Of a DNA stretch of 64,000 nucleotides, positions 1 to 10,870 are shown piece by piece. A program made the position numbers and the translations under genes. Each line of letters begins with the position of its first letter. Position 1 is the stretch's first letter. This stretch comes from an uncultured Alphaproteobacteria bacterium. Its GTDB lineage: Bacteria > Pseudomonadota > Alphaproteobacteria > Rhizobiales > Xanthobacteraceae. The stretch lies in contig CAVRXD010000041.1 of the NCBI GenBank assembly GCA_963725065.1, forward strand, positions 12,185 to 76,184, written 5' to 3'. Below the pieces are notes generated by a model, which did not search any database, was not told the DNA's origin, and saw nothing but the letters and a program-made list of their open reading frames with translations.

Positions 1-320
1 AAGTGCTGAGCGAGATCGGCATCAAGGACGACCCGCTGCTCGACGTCGCTCTCGAGCTCGAGCGGATCGCGCTGCACGACGACTATTTCATCGAGAAGAA
101 GCTGTATCCCAACATCGACTTCTACTCGGGCATTACGCTCAAGGCGATGGGCTTCCCGACTACCATGTTCACGGTGCTGTTCGCGGTGGCACGCACGGTC
201 GGCTGGATTTCCCAGTGGAAGGAAATGATCGAGGACCCGCACCAGAAAATCGGCCGCCCGCGCCAGCTCTACACCGGCGCCACTCAGCGCGACTACGTAC
301 CGATCTCGCGCCGCAAGTAA
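1..320 (+). CDS. gltA: citrate synthase, C-terminal fragment (5' end outside window)
   Basis: The frame is open from the left edge and stops at 318-320. The 105 aa include [34 protein letters not shown] and [10 protein letters not shown], typical of the citrate synthase C-terminus. Confidence 0.9.
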   Translation, partial: VLSEIGIKDDPLLDVALELERIALHDDYFIEKKLYPNIDFYSGITLKAMGFPTTMFTVLFAVARTVGWISQWKEMIEDPHQKIGRPRQLYTGATQRDYVPISRRK

Positions 321-393
321 TGAAGACGCAACCGTATCGGCCCGGCATCATCTGCGTGCCGGAACGGCGCGGACAAGAAGCGGTCGAGCACGC

Positions 394-1593
394 TTATCGC
401 GAGGGCATCGCGCGCCGAGCGGCGGCGAGCACGATATCGGCGGCGCGGGTAGCTGGCGCCTTCGATCCAATCTCCATGATTGTATCGAGACGGGAAAACG
501 CCTCGATCTGGCGTCGCCGCTCCGGTGTGTCAGCGAGCAGCGGCAGCACCGCCGCTGCCAGGTTTTCCGAGGTGCAAGCCTCCTGGATGAATTCCGGCAC
601 CACGTTCTCTCCGAGCACCAGATTGGCGAGAATTACCGACGAGACCTTGATCAGGCGACGTCCGACCACCGCCTCCAGCCATGACACCCGGTAAGCACCG
701 ACCGTCGGAACCCCCGCGACTGCAAGCTCGAGCGTGACGGTGCCGGATTTCGCCAGCGCCGCCCGGGCGATGCGAAACGCAGCCTGCTTCTCCGCCGTCT
801 CGACGACGATCCGCGGCAACTGCGGCCATTGCTTGGTTGCGGCGCGGATCGGTTCGGCGAGATGCGGAACGGTCGGCACCACGACTTCCAACGGCCCGAC
901 CCGATCGCGTAGCAATGCCACGGTGTCGGCAAACACGCCAAGCAGCCGCTCCACCTCGCCGACCCGGCTCCCCGGCAGCACCAGCAAGACCGGCGGCGCG
1001 GCGAGCCGGCGGTGCGCCTCCTGCGCATTCGGACGCAGATCATGGACCTCTGTCGCCAGGGGATGCCCCACATAGGTGCAGGGCGGTCCGCCGAGCCGCC
1101 GGTGAACCTCGGGCTCGAACGGCAGCAGCGCCAGGATGTGATCGATGTAGGCGCGCATGACCCGCGCACGCCCCGGCCGCCAGGCCCACACCGACGGCGA
1201 AACATATTCCACGATCGCGATCGCGGGGTCGGCGGCTCGTACCCGGCGGGCAATGCCGCGCGTGAAGCCGGGACTGTCGATGACGACGAGAACGTGCGGC
1301 CGTTTCGCCACCACCGCCTTGGCGGTAAAGCGCATCAGGCGCAGGATCTTGGGGATGCGGCGCGGAATGGCGCTGAATCCGATGATGGGAAGGTCATCGA
1401 TCGAGTAGAGGCTGGTAACCCCTTCGGTCGCCATTTCGCGCCCGCCGACGCCGGCAAAGGTCACATGCCCGGCAGTCCGCTCCCGCAACGCCCGCATCAG
1501 CGCGGCGCCCAGCCGATCGCCCGATTCCTCCCCCGCGACGAGAAACACATCAATTGTTTCGGCAGCGGGCCTGGGCTGCGCTGACTCGGTCAT
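394..1593 (-). CDS. lpxB: lipid-A-disaccharide synthase
   Basis: 399-aa ORF with N-terminal IDVFLVAGEESGDRLGAALMRAL (GT19 LpxB signature). It is the last gene of an lpxD-fabZ-lpxA-lpxI-lpxB row and overlaps lpxI by 4 nt. Confidence 0.9.
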   Translation of the reverse strand: MTESAQPRPAAETIDVFLVAGEESGDRLGAALMRALRERTAGHVTFAGVGGREMATEGVTSLYSIDDLPIIGFSAIPRRIPKILRLMRFTAKAVVAKRPHVLVVIDSPGFTRGIARRVRAADPAIAIVEYVSPSVWAWRPGRARVMRAYIDHILALLPFEPEVHRRLGGPPCTYVGHPLATEVHDLRPNAQEAHRRLAAPPVLLVLPGSRVGEVERLLGVFADTVALLRDRVGPLEVVVPTVPHLAEPIRAATKQWPQLPRIVVETAEKQAAFRIARAALAKSGTVTLELAVAGVPTVGAYRVSWLEAVVGRRLIKVSSVILANLVLGENVVPEFIQEACTSENLAAAVLPLLADTPERRRQIEAFSRLDTIMEIGSKAPATRAADIVLAAARRAMPSR

Positions 1594-2468
1594 CGCGTCG
1601 CCAACTCGTCGCGCACACCGATCACGAAAAGTCGCTCACGGTCAGCGGCGGCACCCGTGAGTCCGGCCTCGGCGATGATGGTGCTGCCCGAAACGACGGC
1701 AATCCCGGCAAGTCCTGCCCGCGCAGCGCCTTCGACCGTTCGAGGCCCGATCGAAGGCAGGTCGACGCGCCGATCCTGACCGCGCTTCGCCGCCTTCACC
1801 AATACGCCGCGGCGCGCGTCCGCTATTCGGCCGCCTTGGCGAAGCTCGGCGATCCGCGCAAGCATGCGATCGGTGCCTTCCGCGGCCTCGATTGCAAGCA
1901 CACGGGTGTCGGCGACCACCACGGCCTGGCCGACGTCGAAAGGACTGGTCGCCTCGAGCAAGGCGAGCGCCGTCGCGATGTCAGCTTGGTCGCCCGCTGT
2001 GGGTCGCTCGCGGCCCAGCAGCCCCTCCGGCATCAGAATGTCCGGCGCGATTTCGTGCGCTCCAACCAGCCGGAAGCCGTGCTCCTCGAAAATCACCGCG
2101 ACGCCCTTGAGCAGGCGATTGTCGCCGCCGCGCAAGAGACCGACGATCCGAGGAAGTAGTCGGAGCGTCTTGAAATCCGGCCTGATTTTCCAGATCGCCG
2201 GCCGCACCACCGAGCCGATGAGCACCACATCCCGGCAGCCCTCGCGCTGAGCGGCCCGGCAGAACCAGCCGAACTGCCCGAACGAGGCCCAATGATGCGG
2301 GTAGGCAGCGACCCGTTGCGGATCAGCCCAACCGCGAATGGCGAAGAGCACAACGCGGCGTCCGCGCTTGCCCACCGCATCGGCGACCGCAAACGGCAGT
2401 GCTCCACCGCCGCAGATCACGGCGAGCGGACCATTGTCCGTTCCGTGCGCAGGGCCTGCGTCGCTCAT
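1590..2468 (-). CDS. lpxI: UDP-2,3-diacylglucosamine diphosphatase LpxI (DUF1009 family)
   Basis: 292-aa ORF (LAVICGGGALPFAVADAV..., ...GLAGIAVVSGSTIIAE) sitting between lpxA and lpxB, which is the alphaproteobacterial position of LpxI in place of LpxH. It has ATGA-type overlaps on both sides. Confidence 0.8.
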   Translation of the reverse strand: MSDAGPAHGTDNGPLAVICGGGALPFAVADAVGKRGRRVVLFAIRGWADPQRVAAYPHHWASFGQFGWFCRAAQREGCRDVVLIGSVVRPAIWKIRPDFKTLRLLPRIVGLLRGGDNRLLKGVAVIFEEHGFRLVGAHEIAPDILMPEGLLGRERPTAGDQADIATALALLEATSPFDVGQAVVVADTRVLAIEAAEGTDRMLARIAELRQGGRIADARRGVLVKAAKRGQDRRVDLPSIGPRTVEGAARAGLAGIAVVSGSTIIAEAGLTGAAADRERLFVIGVRDELATR

Positions 2469-3268
2469 GGCCCCTCGTCAGCTGACCCGCGCCGGATGGC
2501 CATAGTCAACGGTCGCGACCCGGCACGGATGAAGGCAATCACCTTGGCGACGAGCGGATTGCTGCTGCTTTGCGCGGCAACCTGATCAAGCCGCTCGCGA
2601 AAGGTGCCGGCGCCGAAGAACATTGCTTCGTAGGCGCGCCGGAGTAGATGGATGTCGGTTCTGGAAAATCCGCGCCGGCGCATGCCCACGACATTGAGAC
2701 CCATCAGATTGGCGAGCGGACCCTGGACAAGACCGAACGGAATCACGTCGGCGCGCACCCCGCTCAGACCTACGACCATCGCACCCTCGCCGATGCGCAC
2801 GAACTGGCGCACCGCCGCCTGACCGCCGAATACGACAAAGTCCCCGATCGTTACGTGGCCGCCCAGCACGACGTTGTTGGCGAAGGTCACGTCGTTGCCG
2901 ACCACGCAGTCGTGCCCGATATGCGAACCCACCATCAGAAAGCACCGATCCCCCACCTCGGTGACGCCGCCACCATCCTCCGTTCCCGTATTCATCGTGA
3001 CACCCTCGCGGATGTCGCAGTCGGCGCCGACCAAGAGCCGCGTTGGACCGCCCCGGTATTTCACCGACTGCGGTGGCGACCCGAGCGAGGCAAACGGATG
3101 AAGCACGGTGCGGGGCCCGATCGTGGTGTGGCCGGTGACATGAACGTGCGCCACCAGCCGGCAGCCGTCGCCGATCACCGCGTGGGACCCCACGACGCAA
3201 TAAGGTCCGATCGACGCGTTGTGCCCGATCGCCGCGCCCGGCTCGATGCGCGCGGTTGGATCGATCAT
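2465..3268 (-). CDS. lpxA: acyl-ACP--UDP-N-acetylglucosamine O-acyltransferase
   Basis: 267-aa ORF with hexapeptide-repeat left-handed beta-helix sequence (IDPTARIEPGAAIGHNASIGPYCVVG...), followed by the LpxA C-terminal helical part. It lies between fabZ and lpxI. Confidence 0.92.
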   Translation of the reverse strand: MIDPTARIEPGAAIGHNASIGPYCVVGSHAVIGDGCRLVAHVHVTGHTTIGPRTVLHPFASLGSPPQSVKYRGGPTRLLVGADCDIREGVTMNTGTEDGGGVTEVGDRCFLMVGSHIGHDCVVGNDVTFANNVVLGGHVTIGDFVVFGGQAAVRQFVRIGEGAMVVGLSGVRADVIPFGLVQGPLANLMGLNVVGMRRRGFSRTDIHLLRRAYEAMFFGAGTFRERLDQVAAQSSSNPLVAKVIAFIRAGSRPLTMAIRRGSADEGP

Positions 3269-3275
3269 GACCAGT

Positions 3276-3731
3276 TCACGCGACCATGGCGCCGACTTCC
3301 GCCTCGGCCACCATCTGTCCGCCGACCTTTGCCTCGCCGCGGAACCACCACATGTTCTTTTTCCGTGCGATTTTTTTCACGTGATATTCGACGGTGTCGC
3401 CCGGCACGACCGGCCTGCGGAACTTGGCCTTGTCGATGGTGAGGAAATAGACGTGCTTGGGGCGGTCGCCGCCCATCTGCGACAGCACGCAGACGGCGCC
3501 GGCGGTCTGCGCCATTCCCTCGATCAACAGCACTCCCGGAAACACCGGATTGCCGGGGAAATGCCCGAGGAACTGCGGCTCGTTAGCGGTCACATTCTTG
3601 ATCCCGACAGCGGATTCATCGCCGCGCATGTTGATGATGCGATCGACCATCAAGAACGGATAACGATGCGGCAGCGCTTTCAGGATCGCCGCAATGTCGG
3701 CCGTTTCGAGCGTGGTCGCAGCCTCGTTCAT
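3276..3731 (-). CDS. fabZ: 3-hydroxyacyl-ACP dehydratase FabZ
   Basis: 151-aa ORF with [13 protein letters not shown] and [20 protein letters not shown], the hot-dog fold FabZ motifs. Its start overlaps the lpxD stop. Confidence 0.93.
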   Translation of the reverse strand: MNEAATTLETADIAAILKALPHRYPFLMVDRIINMRGDESAVGIKNVTANEPQFLGHFPGNPVFPGVLLIEGMAQTAGAVCVLSQMGGDRPKHVYFLTIDKAKFRRPVVPGDTVEYHVKKIARKKNMWWFRGEAKVGGQMVAEAEVGAMVA

Positions 3732-4843
3732 CGGCTTCGCCCCTTCTCATCCGGCCCCTCTCGGTCTGCAGCATTATCGGCGTTGCGCTGGTCGCGGTCG
3801 CGAGCCGCACCGTCTTCATTCACCCATTGCCGCAATGCCATCATGTTGCGAAGAAATTCGCGACCGCGCATAGCCGGATAGCCGAGCCACCTCTCGCCCG
3901 CCGGTATATCGGACATCACGCCGCTTTGCGCCCCGACAATTGCGCCTTCGCCGATCGTCACGTTGTCGGGAAGCCCGACCTGTCCGGCCAGAATCACGTG
4001 GTCCTCGATGACGACACTACCGGAGATGCCGCACTGCGAGACGATGATGCAATGGCGACCGATCGAAACATTGTGTCCGATCTGCACTAGGTTGTCGATC
4101 TTGGTACCCTCGCCGATCACGGTATCGCGATTAGCGCCACGGTCGATCGTAGTGCCGGCACCGATCTCCACATCATCCTGCAGGATGACGCGACCCACCT
4201 GCAGCACCTTACGGTGACCGGCCGCTCCCATGACATAGCCGAACCCGTCCTGTCCTATGGAGCACCCGGGGTGCACCACCACCCTGTCGCCGATCAAGCT
4301 ATTGGTGATCGAAGCATTGGCACCGATTGCACAGTCTCGCCCGATGCGCACCTTGGGTCCGATGACGGCGCCGGCGTTGATCACCGTACCGGTCCCGATC
4401 TCCGCACGAGGCCCGATGACGACACCGGGATCTATCGTCACGCCACTTTCCAGGCGCGCGCTCGGATGCACAAAGGCGCCTGTCGCTACACCGCTCGTTT
4501 CAAACAAGGAGGATGGCCGGATCGCGTCCGGAAACAGCGTCCGCGTCACTTCAACGAAGGCGCGATAAGGTTCGGCGACGCAGAGGACGCTGATATGGGC
4601 GGGAGCACCGCCGGCGTGGCGTTTCGTCGTCAGGCAGGCGCCTGCGCCGCTAGCGGACAGCTGGGCCGCATATTTCGGCTTGTCGAGAAATGCGAGATCG
4701 TGGGGGGCCGCGCGATCAAGCGCGGCAATTCCGGTGATTCGACGATCGAGATCGGCGCCGGGCTGCGGCTCGGCGCCCGTAAGGGCGGCGATCTCACGCA
4801 CGGTAAGCCCCCGCCCCCGATTGAAGAAAAAGGGCTCGGTCAT
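3728..4843 (-). CDS. lpxD: UDP-3-O-acylglucosamine N-acyltransferase
   Basis: 371-aa ORF with an LpxD N-terminal domain ([13 protein letters not shown]...) followed by a long hexapeptide-repeat region. It carries a roughly 30-aa charged C-terminal tail. Confidence 0.9.
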   Translation of the reverse strand: MTEPFFFNRGRGLTVREIAALTGAEPQPGADLDRRITGIAALDRAAPHDLAFLDKPKYAAQLSASGAGACLTTKRHAGGAPAHISVLCVAEPYRAFVEVTRTLFPDAIRPSSLFETSGVATGAFVHPSARLESGVTIDPGVVIGPRAEIGTGTVINAGAVIGPKVRIGRDCAIGANASITNSLIGDRVVVHPGCSIGQDGFGYVMGAAGHRKVLQVGRVILQDDVEIGAGTTIDRGANRDTVIGEGTKIDNLVQIGHNVSIGRHCIIVSQCGISGSVVIEDHVILAGQVGLPDNVTIGEGAIVGAQSGVMSDIPAGERWLGYPAMRGREFLRNMMALRQWVNEDGAARDRDQRNADNAADREGPDEKGRSR

Positions 4844-4872
4844 GTCATAAACCGCGGCCCGCGCAGGCCCGA

Positions 4873-7386
4873 TCAGAATTTCGTCCCGCCACCGAAGCGG
4901 AACTGCTGCACCTGATCATAGGACTGTTTCGACAGCGGGAACGAATAATCGAACCGGAGCGGACCGAACGGCGAATCCCAAATCAAGCCCACGCCGACCG
5001 ACGAGCGAATGTGCATGGCGTTGTCGACCGGGCACGGCGGAGTGGAACACAGCGATCCCGAGATGACCTCGCCTGTCGCCGGGAACGTCGTCGGACCTGT
5101 ATAATTCCAGAGCGACCCGGCGTCGGCAAATGCCGCGAGCTTGACCCCCGTGTCCTTGGGCAGGAAGTACAGCGGTGTCTGCAGTTCCAGGCTGGCGCCC
5201 CAGTAGTAGCTACCACCGAGCGCATCGCCGTAGACCCCGGTGAACGGGAACTGCGACAAGTCACGCGGTCCAATGCCGGCCGGCGCGAAGCCGCGAACCA
5301 GGTTCGGACCCATCTGGAACTGATCGAGCATTCGCAGGCCGCCGTCCCAGCCCGCAATCTGCCCGCCTTGCAAATGCACGGCCGCGACCACGTCCGACAC
5401 CACCTCGTGGTAGCCCCAGACGTCGGCACTGGTACGGACAAACTTGACGTCCCCGCCCACGCCGGCGAAATCCTGCCTGAACTCGGTCAAAGTTCCGGCC
5501 GTCGGACTCTTGTTGTTGTCGAGCGTGTTGTGCGTGAGCGTGTAACCAACCAATGAAGTGAGGACCGCCCCCCCCGCCAGTTCGCGCTTCACCGCCAGCG
5601 ACGCTTCGCCGTCCGAGTAGCAGTTCGCGATGCCGGTATATCCGAACGGCGGAGTAAGCGCTGGAGTGGTGCCAACGGAGCCCGCGGTGGGGAAGGTATT
5701 CACGAAGTCGGGATTGATGTTGTTACAGTTCATCAGATTGGGCGGCAGCGTCACCCTCTGCTGGTAGAGCGAATACCGCAACTGCAGGCCGAGGTCTTCC
5801 CGCAAGGCGAAGCCGAGCCTCGTACCGAAGCCAACCGTCTGCGTCTGGTAGGAGACATAGCTCGTCGGGTTCTGCTGCTTGTAGAATAGATCAAGCCCGA
5901 GCGCGACGCGGTACCCGAGAAAGTACGGATCGACGAACGACACTTGAGCACCGCGCGTATACTGCCCGTACTGTACGGCGATCTTTCCGAACAGGCCGCG
6001 ACCGAGCAGATTTCGCTCTGCAACGCTGACCTCGCCGAGGAATCCGTCAGCGGTCGAATACCCGCCGGAGACCGAGAATTCGCCGGTCGACTGTTCCTCA
6101 ATGTCGACATTGAGAATGACACGATCGGGCGCCGACCCCGGCTCGCTCGATATCTTCACGCTCTTGAAATACGTGAGATTCTTCAGGCGCCGCTCGGCCC
6201 GATTGACGAGGGCCCGATTGTAGGCGTCGCCCTCGGCGAGGTCGAATTCGCGCCGAATCACGTAGTCGCGCGTGCGGGTATTACCGCGGACGTTGATGCG
6301 TTCGATGTAGGCGCGTTGTCCTTCGTCCACGGCGAACACAAGGTTCACCGTTCGCGTTTGCGGATCGCGGGTCGCCCGCGGACGGACCGTCGCGAAGGCA
6401 AAGCCTATCTTGGCCGCCTCGATGGTCATGTCTTCGACGGTCTTCTCGACCGCTTCGGCGTTGTAGACATCGCCCGGATAGGTCCGCATCCGCCAGCGCA
6501 GCGATGCGGGATCGAGCGCCCGAATGGTCGACTGAACTTCGGCTGTTCCAACGCGATACTGCTCGCCCTCTTCGATCGTGTAGGTGATCACGAAACCGCG
6601 CAGAGTCGGATCGTACTCTCCGATTGCCGAGACAATTCGTACGTCGATATAGCCGTGCTTGAGGTAGAAGCGGCGCAGCAACTCGCGATCGGCTTCGACC
6701 CGGTCGGGATCGTAGATATCGCCGGTCTGCAGGAAGGCGAGGAGCCCCGTCGTGGAGGTCTTGATGATGTCCTTGAGACGGTACGACGAATAGGCGCGAT
6801 TGCCGACGAAGTTGATTTGCCTGACCCCGGTCTTCGCGCCTTCGGTAATTTCGAAGACAAGATCGACCCGGTTGTTGGCAAGCTCGATGATCTTCGGCTC
6901 GACGCGAATGTCGAAGCGGCCGCTGCGCCGGTAGACCTCGACCAGGCGCGCAGTGTCTGCCTGCACCACGGGGCGAGACAGCGTCCCGCGCTCCTTTGAT
7001 TGGATTTCGGTTTTGAGCTGCTCGTCCTTGACCTTCTTGTTGCCCTCGAAGGCGATGCGGTTGATGACCGGGTTTTCGGTGACGGTGATGGTCAGCCGTC
7101 CGCCCTGCATGGTCGGGCGAACGTCCTGGAACAGGCCGGTGGCAAAAAGCGCCTTCACGCCTTCATCGATTTGAAAAGGGTCAAGCTGGCCGTTGGGTCC
7201 CGCTCGGAAGTACGAGCGGATGGTGTCAGCCTCGACCCGCTGGTTGCCTTGAACCGCGATCGAGTTGACGGTCTGCGCATAGGCAGCGGGTGCCGCAAGC
7301 GACACCACACCGACACCCAACGAAATCCCCCCGAGAGCGAGGCACGCGATGCCCAGCCCGCGAACAAACCACCTACAAAGTTTCAT
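4873..7386 (-). CDS. bamA: outer membrane protein assembly factor BamA
   Basis: Long ORF with a signal peptide (MKLCRWFVRGLGIACLALG...AAPAAYA), POTRA repeats (IAVQGNQRVEADTIRSY...) and a C-terminal beta-barrel ending ...QQFRFGGGTKF. The start is set at ATG 7386, preceded by GGGGA; the ORF track allows an alternative start at 7422. Confidence 0.9.
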   Translation of the reverse strand: MKLCRWFVRGLGIACLALGGISLGVGVVSLAAPAAYAQTVNSIAVQGNQRVEADTIRSYFRAGPNGQLDPFQIDEGVKALFATGLFQDVRPTMQGGRLTITVTENPVINRIAFEGNKKVKDEQLKTEIQSKERGTLSRPVVQADTARLVEVYRRSGRFDIRVEPKIIELANNRVDLVFEITEGAKTGVRQINFVGNRAYSSYRLKDIIKTSTTGLLAFLQTGDIYDPDRVEADRELLRRFYLKHGYIDVRIVSAIGEYDPTLRGFVITYTIEEGEQYRVGTAEVQSTIRALDPASLRWRMRTYPGDVYNAEAVEKTVEDMTIEAAKIGFAFATVRPRATRDPQTRTVNLVFAVDEGQRAYIERINVRGNTRTRDYVIRREFDLAEGDAYNRALVNRAERRLKNLTYFKSVKISSEPGSAPDRVILNVDIEEQSTGEFSVSGGYSTADGFLGEVSVAERNLLGRGLFGKIAVQYGQYTRGAQVSFVDPYFLGYRVALGLDLFYKQQNPTSYVSYQTQTVGFGTRLGFALREDLGLQLRYSLYQQRVTLPPNLMNCNNINPDFVNTFPTAGSVGTTPALTPPFGYTGIANCYSDGEASLAVKRELAGGAVLTSLVGYTLTHNTLDNNKSPTAGTLTEFRQDFAGVGGDVKFVRTSADVWGYHEVVSDVVAAVHLQGGQIAGWDGGLRMLDQFQMGPNLVRGFAPAGIGPRDLSQFPFTGVYGDALGGSYYWGASLELQTPLYFLPKDTGVKLAAFADAGSLWNYTGPTTFPATGEVISGSLCSTPPCPVDNAMHIRSSVGVGLIWDSPFGPLRFDYSFPLSKQSYDQVQQFRFGGGTKF

Positions 7387-7564
7387 TCCCCACGCCCTTT
7401 GTCGTCCCCTTTGAGCACCCACTAGATTTGGGCACCCACGAGAAAGGTCGTCGCTAACCCCAGAAAGCCCATACAGGCGGCACTGCCTGTACAGGCTTTT
7501 CCCTGTTTTGCAACCCCGTCCTTCCCCCGACTTACCCCTTTACCCCCGAAACGTTGCCATCGTC

Positions 7565-8728
7565 CTACGATGCCGTCCACTGCGCGGCGAGATGCAGGAT
7601 GTCGTTATAGGTCGCAAAGATCATCAACATGACGACGATCGCGAGCCCGATCCGGAATCCCACCTCTTGCGCCCGCTCCGATAGCGGTTTTCCCCTCACC
7701 GCTTCGATGGCGTAGAACAGAAGATGACCACCGTCGAGCAGCGGCACCGGAAACAGGTTCAACAGCCCGATCGACACCGACAGCACTGCAGTAAGGCTGA
7801 ATAACGACGGAAGGCCTTCGCTCGCCACCTGGCCCGACACCTGGGCGATCCGAATCGGGCCGCCCAGTTGGTCCGCCGCCTCCCGCCCGGAAATGACTCC
7901 GCCGATATACGAGAGCGTGCGCTCGACCACAAACCAAGTCCTTTGCGCGCCTAGCTCGATCGCCTTGATCGGCCCAACCGGCTGAAAGTTTGTATCTTCA
8001 GGTGAAGGCGACCGGGTGATGCCGAGGACGCCGATGCGATGCACGTTGCCGAATCGATCCTTGGATTCCTTGAGGGCGGGTACGGCCTTGAGGGTGACGC
8101 GGCTGGCGCCACGATCGACCTCAAACGCCAGCGTTTCGCCGGCGCTGGTGCTGACGATCTGTTGCATGTCCGGGAAGCTGTCGACCGGTCGCCCATTGAT
8201 CGAAACAACCACGTCGCCCGGCCGGAAGCCGGCCGCCTCGGCGGCGCTGCCGGGCTGGATGGCGTCGACCCGCGGCGATGTGCTCGGCTTGCCGAAGATC
8301 ATGAAGAGAGCGGCGAAAATAACGACAGCCAATACGAAATTCGCCGCCGGGCCGGCAACGACGATGGCCGCCCTTCGCCCTACTGGTTGATGGATAAAGC
8401 TGTGTCGGCGCTCTTCCTCGCTCATGGCGGCAATCGCGGCCTGGTCGGGTACGCTTGCGGCATTATCGTCGCCGAAGAATTTTACATATCCTCCGAGTGG
8501 AATGGCGCACAGCTTCCATCGGGTGTTGTGACGATCGTTGAAGCCAAAGAGCTCAGGACCGAACCCGATCGAAAACACCAGGACCCTCACGCCACACCAG
8601 CGCGCAATCAGGAAATGGCCAAGCTCGTGGAAGAACACCACGACGGTCAGTACGAATAGAAACGGTATGAGATAGCCCAGCACGCCGCCACCTAGCGCGT
8701 TGATCCCAGACATAAAACCGAAATCCAT
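7565..8728 (-). CDS. rseP: RIP zinc metalloprotease RseP
   Basis: 387-aa ORF with the HELGHFLIARW (HExxH) motif in TM1, a central PDZ region and C-terminal LNLFPVPLLDGGHL. Its position between dxr and bamA is the conserved one. Confidence 0.9.
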   Translation of the reverse strand: MDFGFMSGINALGGGVLGYLIPFLFVLTVVVFFHELGHFLIARWCGVRVLVFSIGFGPELFGFNDRHNTRWKLCAIPLGGYVKFFGDDNAASVPDQAAIAAMSEEERRHSFIHQPVGRRAAIVVAGPAANFVLAVVIFAALFMIFGKPSTSPRVDAIQPGSAAEAAGFRPGDVVVSINGRPVDSFPDMQQIVSTSAGETLAFEVDRGASRVTLKAVPALKESKDRFGNVHRIGVLGITRSPSPEDTNFQPVGPIKAIELGAQRTWFVVERTLSYIGGVISGREAADQLGGPIRIAQVSGQVASEGLPSLFSLTAVLSVSIGLLNLFPVPLLDGGHLLFYAIEAVRGKPLSERAQEVGFRIGLAIVVMLMIFATYNDILHLAAQWTAS

Positions 8729-8775
8729 AAATCCTCGTCCCGCCCAGTCCCGCGCCCTCGTCCGAACCCCAGTGT

Positions 8776-10011
8776 CTAGGATGCCTTTGCGGCAATTTCG
8801 GGCAGAAGATCGCGCGCTAACAATCTTGTATTATGGTCAACAAACAGTGCTTCTTCGACACTTTGCGGCTCTGCCGTCCAATTGCGGGACACGGCAGCCT
8901 CGAGCGTCGCCTCGACCAGGGCCGATATTCCCGCAAAGTTCAGCCGGCGGGCGAGAAATTCGGCGACAGCAACTTCATTCGAGGCGTTGAGCACGGTGGG
9001 CGCGGCCCCGCCCTCTTCCAGCGCCCGGCGCGCAAGCGCCAGGGCTGGAAAGCGTGCCAGATCGGGCTCCTCGAATGTCAGAGTTGCCGCGCGCGCGAGG
9101 TCGAGCCGCGGCGCCGGTCCGGCGATCCGTTCCGGCCAAGCGAGGCAATACGCGATCGGGATCCGCATATCGGGGCTTCCCAGCTGCGCAATCAGCGAGC
9201 CATCGCAAAATTCGACCAGGCTGTGCACGATCGATTGGGGGTGTACCAGGACGTCGATCTGCTCGGAGGGCAGCGCGAAGAGGTGATGGGCTTCAATGAG
9301 TTCGAGCCCTTTGTTCATCAAGGTTGCGGAGTCGATGGTCACCTTCGCGCCCATCGACCAGTTGGGATGCTTGAGTGCTTGCTCGACTGTCGCGCTCCTG
9401 ACAGCGGCGGCGCTGGCGGTGCGGAACGGGCCGCCAGAGGCGGTGAGAATCACGCGGCGCACGTCCTGGCGCCGGCTGCCGCTCATGGCCTGGAACAGGG
9501 CGTTATGCTCTGAGTCGACGGGCAGCACGGTCGCCCCCGCGGCCGCGGCTCGGCGCATGAACAGCGCTCCCGCGCAGACAAGCGTTTCCTTGTTCGCGAG
9601 CGCGACGATCGCCCCGCGATCGGCCGCGGCAAGCGTCGGTTTAAGGCCCGCCGCGCCGGTGATAGCGCCGATTACCCATTCGGCCGGTCGCTCGGCCGCC
9701 TCGATCAGACCGCTTTCGCCCGCCCCCGCCGCGATTCCGCTCCCGGACAGCGCAGATTTGAGATCGCGATAGCAAGCCGGATCGCCCACCACCGCGAAAC
9801 GCGCGCCCAGTTCGCGCGCGAGCGCGGCAAGCGCTTCGGCGTTCGTATTGGCGCTCACGGCCTCCACGCGAAAACGTGCGCGCTCGCGCTTGAGCAGGTC
9901 GATGGTGCTGGTACCGATCGAACCGGTGGCGCCGAGCAGTGTGACCGTGCGCTCGGTCGGCGCCGGCGCCGGCCGGTCGAAAGCAAGGGGCGACGTGTCC
10001 GATTTCATCAA
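8776..10011 (-). CDS. dxr: 1-deoxy-D-xylulose-5-phosphate reductoisomerase
   Basis: 411-aa ORF with [19 protein letters not shown] (NADPH-binding), ...[12 protein letters not shown]... and ...[13 protein letters not shown]..., the Dxr signatures. Confidence 0.93.
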   Translation of the reverse strand: MMKSDTSPLAFDRPAPAPTERTVTLLGATGSIGTSTIDLLKRERARFRVEAVSANTNAEALAALARELGARFAVVGDPACYRDLKSALSGSGIAAGAGESGLIEAAERPAEWVIGAITGAAGLKPTLAAADRGAIVALANKETLVCAGALFMRRAAAAGATVLPVDSEHNALFQAMSGSRRQDVRRVILTASGGPFRTASAAAVRSATVEQALKHPNWSMGAKVTIDSATLMNKGLELIEAHHLFALPSEQIDVLVHPQSIVHSLVEFCDGSLIAQLGSPDMRIPIAYCLAWPERIAGPAPRLDLARAATLTFEEPDLARFPALALARRALEEGGAAPTVLNASNEVAVAEFLARRLNFAGISALVEATLEAAVSRNWTAEPQSVEEALFVDHNTRLLARDLLPEIAAKAS

Positions 10012-10012
10012 T

Positions 10013-10870
10013 TCACCACACCAGCAGACCGCGGCCCGGCGCCTCGAACCCGCCGCGCAGCAATCCGATCAGCGCGGCCACCACGCTGGCCGTGATGAAG
10101 CCGTCGAGGCGATCCATCAGCCCGCCGTGGCCAGGAATCAGATGGCCGGAATCCTTGGCGCCGAATCGGCGCTTGAGGAAAGATTCGAACAGGTCTCCGC
10201 CTTGCGCGCATATCGAGAGAACCACCGCCAGCATGGCGATGGCGAACAACCCGGACAAGGCCATCACCTTGGCAAGGACGAACGCCACGATGACTGCGGC
10301 GAGCGTGCCACCGATCGCGCCCGACCAGGTCTTCTTCGGGCTGACCTGCGCCATCAGCTTGGGGCCGCCGATCGCGCGCCCGGAGAAATAAGCGACAACG
10401 TCGGTCGTCCACACGATCGCGAACAGAAAAATCACCGCCAGGAAACCATCCTCGCTGTCCGAGCGCAGCACGACCGGTGCAACCCCAAGCGCGCCGGCAT
10501 AGGGCACGCCGGCCGCGATCCACGTACGCCATTTGGCCGGCGCGAGCGCCGCTACGCCGAGCGTACTGATGGCGAGCACGATGACAGCCGCCAGGAGGTG
10601 CCCGGTAGCCACCAGCGCGACCGCGAGTGCGAGCGAAGCTCCGCCCGTCATCAGCACGGTTCGGTGGTCGGATCTGGCCACCAGCGAGATCCATTCCCAG
10701 AGCACGCCCATGGCCGCGAGGCCCCAAAAGACCGCGAACGGCCAGCCGCCGAGATAGGCGGTGCCGATCGCGATCGGCACCAGCACCAGGGCCGAACATA
10801 CCCGCAGCACAAGCTCTCCGCCGCGAGACCCGACCGCGCGCAATGGATGATCCGTGCCTGCCACGATCAC
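10013..10870 (-). CDS. cdsA: phosphatidate cytidylyltransferase
   Basis: Polytopic membrane ORF with C-terminal [29 protein letters not shown], the CdsA signature. The start is set at the GTG that forms a GTGA overlap with the uppS stop, because the track's longer 331-aa ORF would overlap uppS by 140 nt. Confidence 0.85.
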   Translation of the reverse strand: MIVAGTDHPLRAVGSRGGELVLRVCSALVLVPIAIGTAYLGGWPFAVFWGLAAMGVLWEWISLVARSDHRTVLMTGGASLALAVALVATGHLLAAVIVLAISTLGVAALAPAKWRTWIAAGVPYAGALGVAPVVLRSDSEDGFLAVIFLFAIVWTTDVVAYFSGRAIGGPKLMAQVSPKKTWSGAIGGTLAAVIVAFVLAKVMALSGLFAIAMLAVVLSICAQGGDLFESFLKRRFGAKDSGHLIPGHGGLMDRLDGFITASVVAALIGLLRGGFEAPGRGLLVW

